A stretch of DNA of 64,000 bases from the sequence record MT713136.1. The stretch is one strand, 5' to 3'. This document shows, one piece after another, positions 58,922 to 64,000 of the stretch. Both the position numbers and the translations under genes were made by a program. The notes below the pieces were generated by a model. The model made no database searches. It was not told where the DNA came from and saw only the letters and a program-made list of their open reading frames with translations. The stretch's first letter is position 1. Each line of letters opens with the position of its first letter.

Positions 58922-59414
58922 CTCGGATCCTCTCAACCAGACCACCAACACCAACCTCAAGGTCGTTACAAAAATAAGAAGGTAGGTCGTCGTCGTAAAG
59001 TGTAATCAAATGACCATAACCGACCGTCAAGATCTCTTCATTACCTTCAATTTCAACGATAATAGAGTCGGACTTAAAGAAATCTTTTACCACAAAACAC
59101 ACATGTTTAAGACGGTCTGCGTCGTCATAATAAGAAGCTCGTACAACGTCACCAACCTTAAGTTCTTCACGTTCACCAAACGTATACAAACAGCCGTCAA
59201 TAAAGGCGTAGTGCCACTGAGTTGTGTTACAGTGAGATGTTTGTGTTTTGTAATAGTAACTATGCACAGAATCAAATTTGATCTCTACACCGTTATCTAG
59301 TTTGATCTGACCATACATATGGTTTATATCAACGATTTTCGACTTGAGGTTACCATCATTAAATGAATCGCCAATAGCCAACTTACCCCAAGTATTCTTT
59401 TTCCAGAAAATCAT
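58902..59414 (-). CDS. hypothetical protein
   Basis: ORF. Confidence 0.7.
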   Translation of the reverse strand: MIFWKKNTWGKLAIGDSFNDGNLKSKIVDINHMYGQIKLDNGVEIKFDSVHSYYYKTQTSHCNTTQWHYAFIDGCLYTFGEREELKVGDVVRASYYDDADRLKHVCFVVKDFFKSDSIIVEIEGNEEILTVGYGHLITLYDDDLPSYFCNDLEVGVGGLVERIRDERRAC

Positions 59415-59475
59415 ACGTCTTCCCTCAATTTTTCGATGTCTTGTTCGATATCATCAATCTGAAAAAAGTCCCCCA

Positions 59476-59772
59476 TTAGGGGACTTTTTGACATTGTGGC
59501 TCTTTCAGATCCTTTCTATAAGAACATAACATTCTATTTTGAGAATCTATATAAACACCTATCTTTTCCAACCAAGCTCTATATCTTAAACTATCCTCGT
59601 ATGTCATTCCTACGTAAGTAGTTTCACCTTCCTTGATTACAGTCCATTTAGGAATATACGTTTTTACAGGCGTCGGTCTATTTGGATGAAAAACCAATAC
59701 CGGGTCTGGTTTTGGTGGTGTTGAACATGCAGCTAAAACCACTATACACATCATAATTAGAATTTTTTTCAT
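59476..59772 (-). CDS. o-spanin (lipoprotein, PseT.2-like)
   Basis: LAAC lipobox, Pro-rich segment, coupled to i-spanin. Confidence 0.85.
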   Translation of the reverse strand: MKKILIMMCIVVLAACSTPPKPDPVLVFHPNRPTPVKTYIPKWTVIKEGETTYVGMTYEDSLRYRAWLEKIGVYIDSQNRMLCSYRKDLKEPQCQKVP

Positions 59773-60146
59773 TTACATTCCCCTAGAGTAAGGCAATCCA
59801 TTCTGTTTCCAAACTCTTCGTAATCTTTCTGGATTATCTTCTCTACCAGCTTGGGTTTCTTGTTTATTGCATCCTTACCACGACTAGCATTAGATTCAAG
59901 CGTACCAATGCGCTTAGAAAGCTCTCTGTTCGATTTCTCTTCTGTTTGGCTATACTCATTAGACTGTTGTTTGAAATCGCTTATACTCAATTCTATGGCG
60001 GATAATTTGGAAGTTGTTATTTCTAGTTGTTGGGTCATCTCTCCGATTGTTATTGCCTGTGATTCGATCTTGTTGAACATATACCAAACAGACCCACCAG
60101 CCAAAATAAGAAGAATCCCAAATATAATTGCCTTGTATCTTACCAT
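59769..60146 (-). CDS. i-spanin (PseT.3-like)
   Basis: N-terminal TM helix, coiled coil, KKPKLVEKII. Confidence 0.82.
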   Translation of the reverse strand: MVRYKAIIFGILLILAGGSVWYMFNKIESQAITIGEMTQQLEITTSKLSAIELSISDFKQQSNEYSQTEEKSNRELSKRIGTLESNASRGKDAINKKPKLVEKIIQKDYEEFGNRMDCLTLGECK

Positions 60147-60211
60147 TGTTAATCTCTCCAAATAAAAAGGCTCCAACCTTATTTAGGATGGAGCCTTTGG
60201 GAGATTAATGA

Positions 60212-60706
60212 TTACTTTTTATCCCATTCGACACAAATCAATTCTTCAAAGTCGTCTTCGTCAAAACAATTTTCAATAACTTGTGAGATAACATCCCAAT
60301 CCCCACCGGCAACACCAGCCCCAATCTTTGGGAATATAAGTCGATACCCTTCATATCCAAAATCTTCGGCTAAGTGGACGAAACCATTCTCTAATGCATC
60401 CAAACGAAGATCTCGACCGGGGAAATATTGTGTGTATAGGTTAATCAATCGAGAGTCATAATCTAAGGGAGTCCAGCTATATTGACCCAGCATTCCAATA
60501 TCCACTTGACCGTTTGTCTTAAACAGCCGTTGGAAATGTGCGTCTACAATAGGCGCATCTGGGAAGTTCATGGCAATACCAGCAGCAATACCGGAACCCA
60601 TTGCAGTATGACAATTACACCCATGAACGAACAGGGTTGGGATCTTCAAAACTTCTGGGTCTTTCATCATGGTGATCATATCACCTTTAACATAACGAAT
60701 TTTCAT
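60212..60706 (-). CDS. macrodomain protein (tk.4-like)
   Basis: YVKGD, HGCNC...MGSGIA, NLYTQ, FPKIGAGVAGGDW. Confidence 0.9.
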   Translation of the reverse strand: MKIRYVKGDMITMMKDPEVLKIPTLFVHGCNCHTAMGSGIAAGIAMNFPDAPIVDAHFQRLFKTNGQVDIGMLGQYSWTPLDYDSRLINLYTQYFPGRDLRLDALENGFVHLAEDFGYEGYRLIFPKIGAGVAGGDWDVISQVIENCFDEDDFEELICVEWDKK

Positions 60707-60984
60707 TCGATAACCTCCTTATGAAATTCACCAATAACTTTTTCTGGTGAATGACCCAACACAACCATATTGACTGGGTGGGAAATGGTATGGACGCCGC
60801 TAACAAAATAAAATTTAACTACGTTTGTTTCTGTAATTCCACGAGATTCGTCAAGAGTTACGAAATCATACATCCAATCGTTGAATCCGCGATATTTTGC
60901 ATTATTCAAAATAATTTCAGCAGCAAGCCCGAAAGACCGGGCTTTATCTTTCAATTCTTTAACTGTCATATTTAACACCGACAT
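60703..60984 (-). CDS. hypothetical protein
   Basis: ORF. Confidence 0.65.
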   Translation of the reverse strand: MSVLNMTVKELKDKARSFGLAAEIILNNAKYRGFNDWMYDFVTLDESRGITETNVVKFYFVSGVHTISHPVNMVVLGHSPEKVIGEFHKEVIE

Positions 60985-61253
60985 GGAATAAAAAGAAAAC
61001 TCTCTTTTTGGTTAATAAAAACGGTTCCATCATTGATATAGATTGGATTTTTCTTTTCTTTATCTTCGATATCACAAACCGCGATTACGTTTTCATCATC
61101 GTCAATATGAAATACAATGAATCCATTCTTGAGAATTTCATAATTATAAAAATTACGTTCGCAACTGGTACGATATTCTTGAGCCGCTTCGACAGACCGA
61201 AAACGGTAAATGGTATCAAAGTTCATACGTGGATATTGGTCATTTGGATACAC
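60972..61253 (-). CDS. hypothetical protein
   Basis: ORF; YRFR motif. Confidence 0.65.
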   Translation of the reverse strand: MYPNDQYPRMNFDTIYRFRSVEAAQEYRTSCERNFYNYEILKNGFIVFHIDDDENVIAVCDIEDKEKKNPIYINDGTVFINQKESFLFIPCRC

Positions 61254-61815
61254 TGAACGTCACCTTGCCATTTTTAATTGAAATTTTGATTTCCATATCT
61301 TGAGAAAGTTTACCTTGTGTGTTAACTAGATTGAAAATTGCTTGATCTAGCGGTGCTAACTGACAATTGCCAATTTTTAGGTTACCTGTTATGTTAAGAC
61401 ATTCATCGTTTTTCTTCAACGGTTTAGTTACATCCCCAAAAGAGGTGGGTTTGATCTCCCCGAACTTAGAATCTACTGGTGTTTTATTTAGAATAATTTC
61501 ATTACAGACCCCACCCATTAGTTCCTCATCGCTGATCTGACGAGGTTTTGGAAGGTCTTCAATTTCAATCTCTTTGTCGAGAGTAAAATATTTATAAAAT
61601 TCGTCACTATCAATAGTGTTGAATTCGTCCACCTTCAATACACCATTAACAATAAAACGGCTAATATAACCATCGCTGTTAAGTCTGTTCAAGCTATCTT
61701 GGTTAACTGTCAGACGATAATCAACCAGATAATTAGAAACAATCCAATCATTAATTTTGGCGATACCGATAAATTCTTTCCGGTCTTTCAGATTTTTGAA
61801 TTTATAAACAAATGG
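61240..61815 (-). pseudogene. hypothetical protein lacking its true start (junction)
   Basis: VYKFKNLKDRKEF... with no ATG/SD; the upstream part of the ORF-track call is antisense of gp29C. Confidence 0.5.
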
Positions 61816-61818
61816 GGG

Positions 61819-63318
61819 GAAACTGCCAAACCTATGCAGGAAGACACTAGGGAGACTTTGAAAGAATTTATACAACGCGAAGTTGGTGATCGTCGTGAAT
61901 TTGTTGAAAATTTCAAAGAAGAAAATCAAAAAACTGGTAAATTTGTTCGAGAGATAGCAAAAAAAGCTAATATAGTTGATCGAATGAAGAAATCAGAAAC
62001 ATCAGCAACAGCGAAAATACTTGGTCATACTATGTCCGCTGGTATCGGTATGGTTACTGGAACCATAAACGATTTGTTATCAACTATTCCCGGTTATAAT
62101 CAGGCCGCTAATGCAACGAAGTTTGTTGGTGGGTCTATTATTGATGCACATAACGCACGTAAGGAAAAGAAATTAGATGCAAAAGCGAATGCGGCTTATG
62201 AAGAGAAGAAGGCTGATGCTACTTCTAGATTCCAACAGATCCCACAAAACAAACCAGAAGACAAAGTAAAAACAGATAGAAATAACCAAGAGCAAAAGAA
62301 AGAAAGACAAGAAAATGGAAGAGAACGAGAGAACAACGAAAAGCGTCATAAAAGCTTAATCGATGTTCTTAAAGGTATCCAGATGTCCATGTTGATCGGT
62401 AAACTGATTGGTGGTGTTGGATTTGTTCTTAGTGGTCTTGTTTCTGGTATCAGTGTTCTATCTGGTGCGGTTCTTGGTTTGGCCCCTATGATTGCGGGTG
62501 CCCTATCTGCCGCTGTTGGTGGTTTAATTGCTAAGTTCTCTGGGATGTTTGATAAGATACCGGGATTGGGAAGTAAGACCCCAACACCATCGTCTGGTGG
62601 GGTTAATCCAAACGATGTATCGAAGGATCCTAAGAAGTCCCCGAAAACTACACAACCGGATGGAAAGAAGCCACCCACACCAGAACCAAGACCGGGACAA
62701 CCCGCAAAAATTGAGACGCCTAAAACAAAGACTCCTACCCCAAAAGGTAAGGCTGGTATTTTGTCAAAGGCAGCGGAACTTGGTAAAAAAGGTTGGTCTG
62801 TCGCTGCTGATGCAGCAAAATCAGCCTCTAAATTTATACCAAAAAGCGCATTAACTGGCGCAGGTATGGCGGTACGTGTCGCTGGTAGAGCAATTCCTTT
62901 TGTTGGTGCTGGCTTGATGGCTTATGAGTTGTATAACTTCGCCAAAGAGAACCCAGAGCTGTTAGATAAGGGTGTTGATGCTGCTAAGGGTGCTTGGGAA
63001 AGTCTTACTGGATCATTATTTGGGAAAGCTAATGCTAGTGAAGCTCAACCGGAATCTAAATTAGGGAATGAAATTAAGGCTGGTGAAACCGAGCCTGTAT
63101 TTAAAACCCTTGAGAAAAGAAATCAAGAGGTTGAAGAATTCCGAGCTAAACAACAACGTGAAAAGGAAGAACGAGACGCACGACGTCAAGAAGGTGCTTT
63201 AATGGCTGCTGTAAATAATACCACATATAACAGTATGAATTCCGTTCTACCGTCTGGCTTTGGTGAATTTAGACCAGATCAACCGCAATATTCATATGGA
63301 GTTCAACCGTCAACATGA
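61819..63318 (+). pseudogene. 29: gp29-like tape measure/baseplate hub protein, C-terminal part
   Basis: Long helical Ala/Gly-rich protein with RAIPFVGAGLMAYE motif, upstream of gp3; rejoins the 279-635 fragment. Confidence 0.6.
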
Positions 63319-63872
63319 TACATAATCAAGCACACATAACAAACATGCGTCTGGAAATCCCAGACGCAAACACAACCGCTAACTTTGTAACATCAGCTCA
63401 ATCCGTTGTTCTTCCAACTATGGAAATGGATATAACGAGGGTTTCAATAAATCAGATGACGTCCGGGCTTATGCCGGGTTCGAAGATCATTTACGAACCA
63501 TTTAGGATTAGATTTTTGATTGATGAAAATTTCGAATCTTATAAAGAGTTGTATCAATGGATGATCTCTGTTACTGATAGTAGAACTTTCAATTCCACCG
63601 CCCATCTACCGGGTGCTAGACCTAGATCTATTTTGGTTCATATTCTGGATAACTCAAAAAAGAATATAGTATTGACTTTCAAGTTTCATGACCCATTCCC
63701 GAGTTCATTGGACGATATAGAATTGTCCTATGTTGATGACGGAAACCCAGCCCTTATAGGTAATGTAACGTTTAGTTACTCATCTATGAGTGTTGTTGGT
63801 GTAAACGATTTGGAAATCCTACCAAAACAAAACCCGGTCGGTATCGGTGCAGGGCACCCATTCCAAAAGTAA
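63315..63872 (+). CDS. 3: tail completion/sheath stabiliser gp3
   Basis: NQA.ITN..LEIP..NTT..F...AQSV.LP; FLIDEN..SY.E.Y.WM. Confidence 0.9.
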   Translation: MIHNQAHITNMRLEIPDANTTANFVTSAQSVVLPTMEMDITRVSINQMTSGLMPGSKIIYEPFRIRFLIDENFESYKELYQWMISVTDSRTFNSTAHLPGARPRSILVHILDNSKKNIVLTFKFHDPFPSSLDDIELSYVDDGNPALIGNVTFSYSSMSVVGVNDLEILPKQNPVGIGAGHPFQK

Positions 63873-63925
63873 AATCTAAAGGTTCTTCGTCTTGAGGTAT
63901 AATAAACAAAAAGATGAGGTACTAT

Positions 63926-64000
63926 ATGATATACGCTATTTCTGGTTTGAAACGGACGGGTAAAGACACAGCCTCGAAGTTCATTCAAGAACTTACTGGG
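63926..64000 (+). CDS. 1: dNMP kinase gp1, N-terminus (window edge)
   Basis: MIYAISGLKRTGKDTA P-loop, follows gp3. Confidence 0.8.
   Translation, partial: MIYAISGLKRTGKDTASKFIQELTG

Noticed and set aside
636-61818. Interpretation as a 61-kb mobile element inserted in gp29 with a GGAA target duplication
   Set aside because: The segment contains core phage genes and many internal breaks, with no transposase/integrase or terminal repeats seen.
1-64000. tRNA genes, CRISPR arrays, introns/inteins, homing endonucleases, integrases
   Set aside because: None recognisable by eye; a tRNAscan-SE, Infernal or CRISPR-finder run would be needed to exclude them formally.

Overview
This window is part of an AT-rich T4-like (Straboviridae-type) myophage genome. 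Recognisable genes include DNA ligase, Dda, capsid gp23/gp24, Hoc, rIIA/rIIB, baseplate gp26/51/29/53/27/5/48/54, gp2/3/4/1, dCMP deaminase, gp31, RNA ligase 2, topoisomerase gp52, AsiA, thymidine kinase, endolysin, spanins and two orphan DNA methyltransferases, among many small hypothetical early genes. The sequence is not colinear: it looks like a patchwork of blocks with gene-breaking junctions near 636, 5435, 14360, 18565, 34575, 44365, 49700, 54657, 59460 and 61818. Two essential genes (gp29-like tape measure, gp53) have both halves in the window and rejoin in frame. This is most likely an assembly or shuffling artefact, so adjacency across junctions should not be interpreted. The most notable biological signals are: an acyl-carrier-protein-like domain with the prosthetic-group Ser replaced by Asp, fused to rIIB; a candidate -1 frameshift linking gp26 and gp51 upstream of the tape measure; a circularly permuted N6-adenine methyltransferase; a three-copy structured intergenic element; and a CTAAATA late-promoter variant. 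All family assignments come from motif recognition by eye; no database searches were run.
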